The translations under genes were made by a program, and so were the position numbers. From the NCBI RefSeq assembly GCF_035084215.1, contig NC_090367.1:8124001-8188000 (forward strand): 64,000 nucleotides of DNA, given 5' to 3'. Numbering within the stretch: the first letter of the stretch is position 1; every line of letters begins with the position of its first letter. This document shows, piece by piece, positions 1-11,807 of this stretch. The stretch is from Heptranchias perlo (taxonomy: Eukaryota). The notes beneath the pieces are model-generated. The model had not been told where the DNA came from, ran no database searches, and saw only the letters and a list, made by a program, of their open reading frames with translations.

Positions 1-228
1 GTGGGATCTTTTATGTCCACCTGAGAGGGGCAGACGGGGCCTCGGTTTAACGTCTCATCCGAGAGACGGCACCTCCGACAGTGCGGCACTCCCTCAGTAC
101 TGGCACTGGGAGTGTCGGCCTGGATTATGGGCTCGAGTCTCGGGAGTGGGGCTCGAACCCACGACCTTCTGACACAGGGGCGAGAGAGAGAGAGAGAGAG
201 AGAGATACTCACTGAGCCACAGCTGACA
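1..228 (-). mobile_element. tRNA-derived DeuSINE (SacSINE1-like), 5' part
   Basis: Contains the B-box-like GGTTCGAGCCC and the central TCGGATGAGACGTTAAACCGAGG shared by all copies. Confidence 0.8.
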
Positions 229-248
229 GATAACTGCTGTGTTGATCC

Positions 249-587
249 AGGGGTTTGGTCCATTGGGATTCTGTACAATGGGAGTGAATGGGAAGGGGTT
301 TGGTCCATTGGGATTGTGTACAATGGGAGTGAATGGGAAGGGGTTTGGTCCATTGGGATTCTGTACAATGGGAGTGAATGGGAAGGGGTTTGGTCCATTG
401 GGATTGTGTACAATGGGAGTGAATGGGAAGGGGTTTGGTCCATTGGGATTCTGTACAATGGGAGTGAATGGGAAGGGGTTTGGTCCATTGGGATTCTGTA
501 CAATGGGAGTGAATGGGAAGGGGTTTGGTCCATTGGGATTGTGTACAATGGGGGTGAATGGGAAGGGGTTTGGTCCGTTGGGATTGT
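249..587 (+). repeat. 45-bp minisatellite (~7.5 copies)
   Basis: Unit GGGAAGGGGTTTGGTCCATTGGGATTCTGTACAATGGGAGTGAAT. Confidence 0.95.
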
Positions 588-786
588 ATGCTTGGAGTTA
601 TCTATATCCAATACACAGTGTAGAACGCACTTTCTGTTCATTATTACTTACTTGAACTCATTACTTGTACCAAACATCATAACTCACAAGGAGGTTCCAC
701 ACTCCACATCCTGCCAGATTATTCTCCCTCATTGGTCCCATTGGTTGGATGTCGCCAAATCCCATTTGGGAAGTGGATCTTTATCC

Positions 787-2359
787 AGCCCATAATCCAG
801 GCCGACACTCCCAGTGTAGTACTGAGGGAATGCCGCACTGTCGGAGGGTCAGTACTGAGGGAATGCCGCACTGTCGGAGGGTCGGTACTGAGGGAGTGCC
901 GCACTGTCAGAGGGTCAGTACTGAGGGGGCGCCGCACTGTCGGAGGGTCGGTACTGAGGGAATGCCGCACTGTCGGAGGGTCAGTACTGAGGGAGCGCCG
1001 CACTGTCGGAGGGTCGGCACTGAGGGAGTGCCGCACTGTCGGAGGGTCAGTACTGAGGGGGCGCCGCACTGTCGGAGGGTCGGTACTGAGGGAATGCCGC
1101 ACTGTCGGAGGGTCAGTACTGAGGGAATGCCGCACTGTCGGAGGGTCAGTACTGAGGGGGCGCCGCACTGTCGGAGGGTCGGTACTGAGGGAATGCCGCA
1201 CTGTCGGAGGGTCGGTACTGAGGGAATGCCGCACTGTCGGAGGGTCAGTACTGAGGGGGCGCCGCACTGTCGGAGGGTCGGTACTGAGGGAATGCCGCAC
1301 TGTCGGAGGGTCAGTACTGAGGGAATGCCGCACTGTCGGAGGGTCAGTACTGAGGGGGCGCCGCACTGTCGGAGGGTCGGTACTGAGGGAATGCCGCACT
1401 GTCGGAGGGTCAGTACTGAGGGGGCGCCGCACTGTCGGAGGGTCAGTACTGAGGGAGCGCCGCACTGTCGGAGGGTCAGTACTGAGGGAATGCCGCACTG
1501 TCGGAGGGTCAGTACTGAGGGAGCGCTGCACTGTCGGAGGGTCAGTACTGAGGGAGCGCCGCCCTGTCGGAGGGTCGGTACTGAGGGAGTGCCGCACTGT
1601 CGGAGGGTCAGCGCTGAGGGAGCGCCGCACTGTCGGAGGGTCGGCACTGAGGGAGTGCCGCACTGTCGGAGGGTCGGTACTGAGGGAGCGCCGCACTGTC
1701 GGAGGGTCGGTACTGAGGGGGCGCCGCACTGTCGGAGGGTCGGTACTGAGGGAGCGCCGCACTGTCGGAGGGTCAGTACTGAGGGAGCGCTGCACTGTCG
1801 GAGGGGCAGTACTGAGGGAGCGCCGCACTGTCGGAGGGTCAGTAGTGAGGGAGCGCCGCACTGTCGGAGGGTCGGTATTGAGGGAGCGCCGCACTGTCGG
1901 AGGGTCAGTAGTGAGGGAGCGCCGCACTGTCGGAGGGTTGGTACCGAGGGAGCGCTGCTCTGTCGGAGGGTCAGTACTGAGGGAGCGCCGCACTGTCGGA
2001 GGGTCAGTACTGAGGGAGCGCTGCACTGCCGGAGATGCCGTCTTTCGGATGAGACGTTAAACCGAGGGCCCCGTCTGCCCCTCTCAGGTGGACGCAAAAG
2101 ATCCCACGGCCACTATTGGAAGAAGAGCAGGGGGGAGTTCTCCCCGGTGTCCTGGGACGATATTTATCCCTCAACGAACAGCACTAAAAAACAGATGATC
2201 TGCTCATTATCACATTGCTGTTTGTGGGATCTTCCTGTGCGCAAATTGGCTGCCGCGTTTCCTACATTACAACCACACTTCAGAAAAGTACTTAATTGGC
2301 TGTAAAGCGCTGTGGGACGTCCTGAGGTTGTGAAAGGCGCTATATAAATGCAAGTCTTT
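787..2359 (+). mobile_element. DeuSINE copy with internal 33-bp tandem amplification
   Basis: SINE body on both sides of the array; tail ends AAGGCGCTATATAAATGCAAGTCTTT. Confidence 0.85.
818..2031 (+). repeat. 33-bp SINE-derived minisatellite (~36 copies)
   Basis: Unit CAGTACTGAGGGA(A/G)(T/C)GCCGCACTGTCGGAGGGT. Confidence 0.95.
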
Positions 2360-3392
2360 AATCTTCTAGCCATTTAACCAAAGTAATTGGGCTTCCAATA
2401 TTGGGATCTCAGGGTACTGTTGCCTGCGGCTCCCAACCCCTGTGAATTTTGATACTGAAAGTTGGTGATTAAATGAATATATCTCAATAGCCCTCTGCAC
2501 CCACCTCCCCCCAACGCCTGGCCCCCCCACTCAATCCTCCGACTCGCCCTGAATACTGAAGGGCCCCATTTCTCTCTGCAGTCTGTGCTGAGATTGCTGA
2601 TGTCAGCCGAGTTAGCGAGAGAGAGAGACAAAGAACTGACATTTGTGTAGTTCCTTTAATGGTCTCACGACGTCCCATGTCGTTTTTGAACTGCAGTCAC
2701 TGTCACGATGTAGGGTGAATGTATCGTATCAATTTTGGTCTCAGCGCCCTGAGCTCGGGTGGGAAACGCGAGGGGTGGAGACGGAGGGGGTTTCCCCATT
2801 CAGATTCCCGTCCGGCTGCCGCTGCGACGCCCTCCGTGGTCAAATAGCCAAACAGCCTCCGCCCCCCCCCCCGCCCCGTGATTCCACGCTCGCATGTGAA
2901 GGTGGCCTTGTCAGCGGCTGCGGAACTGAGCAAAAGTCGGCCCCTGGGGAGAGGAGGGGGACAATATTTTGGGATCAGGGGAGGAATCATCGAATAATAC
3001 AGCCCAGAATGACATCCAACGTAGAGCACCAGAAACAGGCCATTCGGCCCGAATGGTCCATGCTGGTGTTTAGGCTCCTCCCTCCCTACTTCATCTCACC
3101 CTATCAGCCTATCCTTCTATTCCTTTCTCCCTCATGTGTTTATCTGTTCGCCTCAACTACTCCTTTCGGGAGCGAGTTCCACATTCTCACCACTCTCTGC
3201 GTAAAGAAGGAGGCCATTCGGCCCATCATGCCTGTGCTGGCTCTTTGAAAGAGCGATCCAATTAGTCCCACTCCCCCCTGCTCCTTCCTCAAAGCCCTGC
3301 AGATATTTTCTTTTTCCAGTATTTATTCAATTCTTCCTCGAGTGCGATCCACAAGAGATGCTTTCTCCCTTCTCCCCCCCCCCGCTCCCAAG

Positions 3393-3629
3393 GTGATCGG
3401 GAGCTCCCTGCTGTTCATCCACGAGAAGAAAGGTCAGGGCAACGTCTGGATGATCGACTTTGGGAAGACGATGGCCCTGCCCGCGGGCCAGACCTTGCAG
3501 CACGACCTGGCCTGGGAGGAGGGGAACCGAGAGGACGGTTACCTGGTGGGACTCAACAACCTGCTGGACCTTTTCTCCGAGACCATGGCCAGACAGGCCG
3601 CCCTGACTGAATCGACCGGCGACGGTTAG
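3393..3629 (+). CDS. Terminal coding exon of inositol-trisphosphate 3-kinase (ITPKB-like; paralog identity uncertain)
   Basis: Polypyrimidine tract and AG (3391-3392), then [61 protein letters not shown]...TAG. Contains the IPK-family SSLL and IDFG motifs and the ITPK-specific EGNREDGY motif. Upstream exons lie outside the window. Confidence 0.93.
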   Translation: MIGSSLLFIHEKKGQGNVWMIDFGKTMALPAGQTLQHDLAWEEGNREDGYLVGLNNLLDLFSETMARQAALTESTGDG

Positions 3630-4114
3630 GCGAGGAGGTCAAGGGGCAAGGGGGAGGGGTCAACCCGGCAGATACCAGACGAACCGTTTCTTGACCGCAG
3701 GTCAGATTGTGGGTGATATGTGGGGCCCTGAATATCGGGACGCTCCCTCTGTTGTATCAGAGGCCTCAGTGTTAAAACACACCCTCTCACTGCCCCCATA
3801 CCACTTGGCCGCTCCATAACACGCACTATTTATGCCCCCACTCCCATTATAAAACAAATGGTCACCCGGACACTGCTTCACTGGGGGTACATATTGGTCA
3901 GACACTGACCTTTCACCTTTGGGCCCAGGGTCACACCGGTCCAGACTGATTGGGTGCTGGCTGTAAGGTGAAAGGAGTTTGGACAGTCTCGATACTGCCC
4001 CAATATGGCTCTAACTGGTACACGACTGCCTGTCTCGCTTAGAGAGGCCACAGAACGGCTGGTGTGGGAGAAGGAAATGTCATATTGATGGGGACAGTGT
4101 AGAGTGTACCTGCC

Positions 4115-5921
4115 CTCTGCACTGTCCCATCAAACACTCCCAGGGAAGGTACAGCACGGGTTAGATACAGAGTAAAGCTCCCTCTACACTGTCCCATCAA
4201 ACACTCCCAGGGCAGGTACAGGGTTAGATACAGAGTAAAGCTCCCTCTACACTGTCCCATCAAACACTCCCAGGGCAGGTACAGGGTTAGATACAGAGTA
4301 AAGCTCCCTCTACACTGTCCCATCAAACACTCCCAGGGCAGGTACAGGGTTAGATACAGAGTAAAGCTCCCTCTACACTGTCCCATCAAACACTCCCAGG
4401 GCAGGTACAGGGTTAGATACGGAGTAAAGCTCCCTCTACACTGTCCCATCAAACACTCCCAGGGAAGGTACAGGGTTAGATACAGAGTAAAGCTCCCTCT
4501 ACACTGTCCCATCAAACACTCCCAGGGAAGGTACAGGGTTAGATACAGAGTAAAGCTCCCTCTACACTGTCCCATCAAACACTCCCAGGGAAGGTACAGG
4601 GTTAGATACAGAGTAAAGCTCCCTCTACACTGTCCCATCAAACACTCCCAGGGAAGGTACAGGGTTAGATACAGAGTAAAGCTCCCTCTACACTGTCCCA
4701 TCAAACACTCCCAGGGAAGGTACAGGGTTAGATACAGAGTAAAGCTCCCTCTACACTGTCCCATCAAACACTCCCAGGGCAGATACAGCACGGGTTAGAT
4801 ACAGAGTAAAGCTCCCTCTACACTGTCCCATCAAACACTCCCAGGGCAGGTACAGGGTTAGATACAGAGTAAAGCTCCCTCTACACTGTCCCATCAAACA
4901 CTCCCAGGGCAGGTACAGCACGGGTTAGATACAGAGTAAAGCTCCCTCTGCACTGTCCCATCAAACACTCCCAGGGCAGGTACAGGGTTAGATACAGAGT
5001 AAAGCTCCCTCTACACTGTCCCATCAAACACTCCCAGGGAAGGTACAGGGTTAGATACAGAGTAAAGCTCCCTCTACACTGTCCCATCAAACACTCCCAG
5101 GGAAGGTACAGGGTTAGATACAGAGTAAAGCTCCCTCTACACTGTCCCATCAAACACTCCCAGGGAAGGTACAGGGTTAGATACAGAGTAAAGCTCCCTC
5201 TACACTGTCCCATCAAACACTCCCAGGGAAGGTACAGGGTTAGATACAGAGTAAAGCTCCCTCTACACTGTCCCATCAAACACTCCCAGGGCAGGTACAG
5301 CACGGGTTAGATACAGAGTAAAGCTCCCTCTACACTGTCCCATCAAACACTCCCGGGGCAGGTACAGCACGGGTTAGATACAGAGTAAAGCTCCCTCTAC
5401 ACTGTCCCATCAAACACTCCCAGGGAAGGTACAGGGTTAGATACAGAGTAAAGCTCCCTCTACACTGTCCCATCAAACACTCCCAGGGCAGGTACAGCAC
5501 GGGTTAGATACAGAGTAAAGCTCCCTCTACACTGTCCCATCAAACACTCCCAGGGAAGGTACAGGGTTAGATACAGAGTAAAGCTCCCTCTACACTGTCC
5601 CATCAAACACTCCCAGGGCAGGTACAGCACGGGTTAGATACAGAGTAAAGCTCCCTCTACACTGTCCCATCAAACACTCCCAGGGCAGGTACAGCACGGG
5701 TTAGATACAGAGTAAAGCTCCCTCTACACTGTCCCATCAGACACTCCCAGGGAAGGTACAGGGTTAGATACAGAGTAAAGCTCCCTCTACACTGTCCCAT
5801 CAAACACTCCCAGGGCAGGTGTCGGGTTAGATACAGAATAAAGCTCCCTCTACACTGTCCCATCAAACTCTCCCAGGGCAGGTACAGCACGAGTCAGATA
5901 CAGGGCAAAGCTCCCTCTGCA
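4115..5921 (+). repeat. 63/67-bp minisatellite (~28 copies)
   Basis: Unit ACACTGTCCCATCAAACACTCCCAGGGCAGGTACA(GCAC)GGGTTAGATACAGAGTAAAGCTCCCTCT. Confidence 0.95.
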
Positions 5922-6437
5922 TGTGAATGTAAAAGTCCTTGGAGCAGCAGGTCTGTCCCAGAGCTGTTTCGCGGAGTACCTGATGGACAGTTGGTCTGGT
6001 ATCAGGGCAGCCTCTCAACACACTACAGCCGTAAACTGGAACACTTGACACTATTTTGCCCACGGGGACTGGGAGACACATCGAGGCGGTGATTTTAGCC
6101 TCAATGAGTTGTGAAGTCAAGAAATCCGATCATTTCAGATAATCGCAGAATTTCTCTGCGCTCCGAATCTTATAAAATCGTCAGTACGAGAGCAGAAGGC
6201 ACATTTTGTGCGAAACTGGTTTTAAATCTGGGAGGGTGCCCCTGTCTGGGTGCTGTTTGTACTGAAAGAATGGGGCATGCTTTGTCGGATTTCTGTTGCA
6301 ATGGGATTAAGGGGGAGCATTTTGGTCTGTCGGAATTCTGTATCCCCCCCAGATCCGATCTGTGTTTATCTCAAGTTCCAAGATGGCAGCCAATTTATGT
6401 ATTAAACTACACAGGAGTGAATGAGAGAGTCTCATCC

Positions 6438-6783
6438 AGCCATTCAGCCCCTCGAGCCTGTTGCACAGGAACAGAAGGAGGCCGTTCAGCCCCTCGAGCC
6501 TGTTGCACAGGAACAGGAGAAGGCCGTTCAGCCCCTCGAGCCTGTTGCACAGGAACAGGAGGAGGCCGTTCAGCCCCTCGAGCCTGTTGCACAGGAACAG
6601 GAGGAGGCCGTTCAGCCCCTCGAGCCTGTTACACAGGAACAAGAGGAAGCCATTCAGCCCCTCGAGCCTGTTCCGCCATTCAATTAGATCATGGCTGATC
6701 TGTAGCCTAACTCCATCTACCCGCCTTGGTTCTGTAACCCATAATCCCCTCACCCAACAAAAATCGATCAATCTCAGTTTTTA
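6438..6783 (-). repeat. CR1 3' end with about 6 tandem 42-bp copies of the terminal motif
   Basis: Unit GGAGGCCGTTCAGCCCCTCGAGCCTGTTGCACAGGAACAGGA, continuous with CR1 3' UTR at 6670-6783. Confidence 0.88.
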
Positions 6784-7118
6784 AATGGCCTCTCGCCCTG
6801 TCATTTCTGATGATTTTGTGGGCACAGGTTGGGAAGGAAACACAGCGGCCTTAATTCCCATGTGTCGAAGCTGCTCATTTTCTTTCAGGCTTTCTCCTGT
6901 TGGAATGTCACAATGTATTGACCTCCCTGTGTATTGTGATTCGACGAGCAATACAACGGCTGAGAGCGCAGTCTGTAAATGTACAGACTCCACGTGTGGT
7001 GTACACTCACTGTGTAAATACATTTAGGCTTTCTCCTTCACAATTAAACAGAAAGCTCCTCATGTTGCCTGGATCATTACTTGTAGCTTCCTCTGCCAAC
7101 ATGGACCACCTCGATGTG

Positions 7119-8320
7119 ACTGAGTGACAGTGTGAGGGAGAGGGATTAACATCAGTAGAGATACAATCAGTAACACAGGGCGCTGGGGGGAGAGGGGTTA
7201 CTGAGTGACAGTGTGAGGGAGAGGGATTAACATCAGTAGAGATACAATCAGTAACACAGGGCGCTGGGGGGAGAGGGGTTACTGAGTGACAGTGTGAGGG
7301 AGAGGGATTAACATCAGTAGAGATACAATCAGTAACACAGGGCGCTGGGAGGAGAGGGGTTACTGAGTGACAGTGTGAGGGAGAGGGATTAACATCAGTA
7401 GAGATACAGTCAGTAACACAGGGCGCTGGGGGGAGAGGGGTTACTGAGTGACAGTGTGAGGGAGCTGGATTAACATCAGTGGAGATACAGTCAGTAACAC
7501 AGGGCGCTGGAGGGAGAGGGGTTACTGAGTGACAGTGTGAGGGAGAGGGATTAACATCAGAAGAGATACAGTCAGTAACACAGGGTGCTGGGGGGAGAGG
7601 GGTTACTGAGTGACAGTGTGAGGGAGAGGGATTAACATCAGAAGAGATACAGTCAGTAACACAGGGCGCTGGAGGGAGAGGGGTTACTGAGTGACAGTGT
7701 GAGGGAGAGGGATTAACATCAGTAGAGATACAATCAGTAACACAGGGCGCTGGGGGGAGAGGGGTTACTGAGTGACAGTGTGAGGGAGAGGGATTAACAT
7801 CAGTAGAGATACAATCAGTAACACAGGGCGCTGGGAGGAGAGGGGTTACTGAGTGACAGTGTGAGGGAGAGGGATTAACATCAGTAGAGATACAGTCAGT
7901 AACACAGGGCGCTGGGGGGAGAGGGGTTACTGAGTGACAGTGTGAGGGAGCTGGATTAACATCAGTGGAGATACAGTCAGTAACACAGGGCGCTGGAGGG
8001 AGAGGGGTTACTGAGTGACAGTGTGAGGGAGAGGGATTAACATCAGAAGAGATACAGTCAGTAACACAGGGTGCTGGGGGGAGAGGGGTTACTGAGTGAC
8101 AGTGTGAGGGAGAGGGATTAACATCAGAAGAGATACAGTCAGTAACACAGGGTGCTGGGGGGAGAGGGGTTACTGAGTGACAGTGTGAGGGAGAGGGATT
8201 AACATCAGTGGAGATACAGTCAGTAACACAGGGTGCTGGGGGGAGAGGGGTTACTGAGTGACAGTGTGAGGGAGAGGGATTAACATCAGAAGAGATACAG
8301 TCAGTAACACAGGGTGCTGG
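7119..8320 (+). repeat. 81-bp minisatellite (~15 copies)
   Basis: Unit ACTGAGTGACAGTGTGAGGGAGAGGGATTAACATCAGTAGAGATACAATCAGTAACACAGGGCGCTGGGGGGAGAGGGGTT. Confidence 0.95.
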
Positions 8321-8334
8321 CTGCTGAAGCTCTT

Positions 8335-8888
8335 TTTTATTCGTTCATGGGATGTGGGCGTCGCTGGCGAGGCCGCCATTTATTGCCCATCCCTAATTGC
8401 CCCTTGAGAAGGTGGTGGTGAGCCGCCTTCTTGAACCGCTGCAGTCCGTGTGGTGACGGTTCTCCCACAGTGCTGTTAGGAAGGGAGTTCCAGGATTTTG
8501 ACCCAGCGACGATGAAGGAACGGCGATATATTTCGAAGTCGGGATGGTGTGTGACTTGGAAGGGAACGTGCAGGTGGTGTTGTTCCCATGTGTCTGCTGC
8601 TCTTGTCCTTCTAGGTGGTAGAGGTCGTGGGTTTGGGAGGTGCTGTCGAAGAAGCCTTGGCGAGTTGCTGCAGTGCATCCTGTGGATGGTACACACTGCA
8701 GCTATGGTGCGCCAGTGGTGAAGGGAGTGAATGTTTAGGGTGGTGGATGGGGTGCCAATCAAGCGGGCTGCTTTGTCCTGGATGGTGTCGAGCTTCTTGA
8801 GTGTTGTTGGAGCTGCACTCATCCAGGCAAGTGGAGAGTATTCCATCACACTCCTGACTTGTGCCTTGTAGATGGTGGAAAGGCTTTT
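8335..8888 (-). mobile_element. 3' end of a non-LTR retrotransposon (CR1/L2 superclade), RT C-terminal region plus A-rich tail
   Basis: IYKAQVRSVMEYSPLAW...LDTIQDKAARLIG...KSWNSLP; further tail fragments at 35954-36036, 42671-42798 and 53387-53493. Confidence 0.8.
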
Positions 8889-9509
8889 CATGATTTTGTC
8901 ACCTCCAGACTCAACTACGCCAATGCTCTCCTGGCCGGCCTCCCATCCTCCATAAACCTGAGCTCGACCTGCACTCTGCTGCCCGTCTCCTAACCCACTC
9001 ATCCATCATCCCTGTGCTCGCTGACCTACATCGGCTCCCGGTTCCCCTGAAGCCTCTAATCCCCCCCTGGCAGGATCCTGCTCTGCTGAGGCGAGGCCTC
9101 TGTGGTCGAATAGCTTGCCAACACTCGCGTCCTTGGGGCGGGGTGGGGGAGGGCAAACTTAACGTCTTTCCTCCCACCCAAACATTCCTGGGGATTTTGC
9201 TTTTTAAAAATCCCATTAAAGTTTCGGATCGAACGGTGTGGTAACCATGGTAACTGAATCGAAGGCTTGTTTCGCACTGCGTCCGATGAGGGACAGCTTT
9301 TAGGGAAAACCAGTTGTACAGGAGATAAACCATTTTCAGAGATTGGTTTACCAACTCAGGTTACACAGGAGTTGAACACAGGCTTAACAAAAGGGGTTTT
9401 TGACAAACCAGCTTTACACATACCTTACAGCAGCTGCCATTTACTGCAATGTCTCGCTCTCCCCTTGGAGTTCACCCTCACCTCCCTGCCCATCTGTACC
9501 CTCCCTCTC

Positions 9510-9835
9510 GCAACAACCTGCATTTATATATCACCGTTAACTTCGGACAACGTCCCAAGGCGCTTCACAGACGCATAAATCAGACACCGAGTCGCATAAG
9601 GAGATATTAGGACAGGTGACCAAAAGCTTGGTCAAAGAGGTAGGTTTTAAGGAGGGTTTTAAAAGGAGAGAGAGGGAGAGGTGGAGAGGTTTAGGGAGGG
9701 AATTCCAGAGCTTCGGGGCCCAGGCAGCTGAAGGCACGGCCGCCGATGGCGGAGCCGTGAAAATCGGGGATGGGGAAGAGGCCAGAATTGGAGGAGCGCA
9801 GAGATCTCGGAGGCTTGCGGGGCTGGAGGAAGGTG
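9510..9835 (-). mobile_element. L2-clade LINE 3' fragment
   Basis: PKLWNSLP...LKTYLF-type terminus; same family as 14000-14470, 31680-32243, 39715-40193 and 63370-63665. Confidence 0.7.
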
Positions 9836-11332
9836 AGAGGCTTCTGCTGGATCGACCTGCGGGGGCTTCACTGATAGTGAAACACTCCAATGCAGCCCAT
9901 CAAGGTAGAGGCAGGAGGCTCCGCGCCAGCAGACGAAACCTCATGTACACGCTGCGTCGGGTGGGGGTGGGGGCCGGTCCAGTTTTGGCCTGAGTCCCAC
10001 AACCCAATAGAATGGTCTCCGCAAGAGTAGAAGTTAAAGAGGTACGTGTCAGTTGTGCCAATTCCAGTAAAAAAAAAGAGCTTCTCTTCGACCTCTGGGT
10101 GTTCTGCAGCACGGTGGTTATTAGGCCCTCGAGCCTGTTACCTAGGAACAGGAGGAGGCCATTCAGCCCCTCGAGCTTGTTTCCCATTCAATCAGGTCAT
10201 GGCTGATCTGTACCTCAACTCCATATCCCTCGATCCCCTCACCCAACAAAAATCTATCGCTCTCAGTCTTAAAGCTCCAACTGACCCCCTCCAGCATCCA
10301 CAGCCTTTTTTGGGGGGGGGGGGGGGAAAGAGAGCTCCAGATTCCCACTCTCCTTTGTGCGAAGAAGTGCTTCCTGACGTCACCCCTGAACGGCCTAGCT
10401 CTGATTTTAAGATTGTGCCCCCTTCTTCTGGACTCCCGTTATCATTTTAAAGACCTCGCTCAGATCGGCTCTCGAAATTCAAGGGAACATCAACCAAGTT
10501 TATGCGACCTGGCCTCGTGATTTAACCCTTTAGGCCCTGAATTAAGCAGAGTAGGCTGTATCCGTGCCAGTAAGGTTGAGTTGCCCAGACTATGAGGGGA
10601 TGGCCCCTGAACTAGCCCGTAACTCGGTATGGAATACTTTTGACCAGATCTACTCCCACCCGACCCAATTTTAAAAGACGCATTCTTAAGGACTATAGAA
10701 TAATTAGCAAGCATCACAAGTGGGAGAAAGGAGTTTGGGTGGAGAGAGGCTGCGCTGTCACTTGGCGTCAGAGGCATATTCGACCATGGGGGCCTTCACA
10801 GCTGATCCTGATCTCACCCGCGGCCCGTCCGTCCGCCCGAGAGTCGCGATGAGGAGCAGGAGCCCTGGATGAAGCCCCCCTCGGTGGGGCACTCAGGCGG
10901 TGGATCCTTCGCAGAGCAGAGACGCGGTTAAGGGAGGGGAGGGGGCAAATCCTTCCAGCGCAGCGGCCGGAATGAGACGGAAAACCCCGGCTCGGATTCC
11001 ACAACCGGAATCTGATCTGCGCGGTCCCAGTTCGTGCTGTTGCCTGCACTTTCTTTTGTTTCGACTCCCCAGTCTCTTATTATTTGATATCAGACCCCCT
11101 ACAATCAATGCTAGCCCCTCCCACTGCTCGCTCTCTGGTATGTAAAAGTTATCGAGTATCTTCCACCTCCCCCCCCCTCAACTCCGTCTGAAACAAATTA
11201 AATACAGCCCTTGCATTTCCCACATTCATGTATTCATTTCCCTCGTGTTACTGCGTGCCTGAAACTATATATCCCTCGGTCTTTAATTGCTCCTGCTCTA
11301 CCGTGCAAGTCGGTGCAAAGCTTTACTGCATG

Positions 11333-11807
11333 AGTCATGGCTCAGTAGGTCTCTCTCTCTCTCTCTTTCCCCCCCTCACCGAGTCAGAAGGTCGTGGGTT
11401 CGAGCCCCACTCCAGAGACTTGAGCCTCACAATCCAGGCTGACACTCCCGGTGCCGGTACTGAGGGAGTGCCGCACTGTCGGAGGCACCGCCTTTTGGAT
11501 GAGACGTTAAACCGAGGCCCCGTCTGCCCTTCTCAGGTGAAAGATCCCACTATTGGAAGAAGAGCAGGGGGGAGTTCTCCCCGGTGTCCTGGGGCCGACA
11601 TTTATCCCTCAACCGACATCATTAAAAACAGACGATCTGCCCATTATCAAATTGCTAGTGGGATCTTGCTGTGCGCAAATTGGCTGCCGCGTTTCCTACA
11701 TTTCAACAGTGACCACACGTCAAAAAAAAAGTACTTCATTGGCTGTGAAGTGCTTTGGGATGTCGCGAGGTCGTAAAAGGCGCTATATAAATGCAAGTCT
11801 TTCCTTT
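11333..11807 (+). mobile_element. Full-length DeuSINE (SacSINE1-like)
   Basis: A-box-like TGGCTCAGTAGG, B box GGTTCGAGCCC, Deu-like core, L2-like tail. Confidence 0.85.

Noticed and set aside
2040..2070. Hammerhead-like motif in the SINE core (CGGATGAG...)
   Set aside because: Lacks the CUGANGA core with a correctly placed GAAA and helices, unlike the Penelope motif.
112..2305. Long ORFs (227-518 aa) with repeated peptides
   Set aside because: Translations of stop-free 45-bp and 33-bp tandem repeats; overlapping ORFs on both strands.
4039..5890. LYLPWECLMGQCRGSFT repeat ORFs (also near 20.7 kb and 58.5-59.7 kb)
   Set aside because: Minisatellite translation with frequent 4-bp frame-breaking unit variants.
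11333..11415. tRNA gene
   Set aside because: A/B-box-containing SINE head with no cloverleaf; continues into the SINE body. The same applies to other copies.
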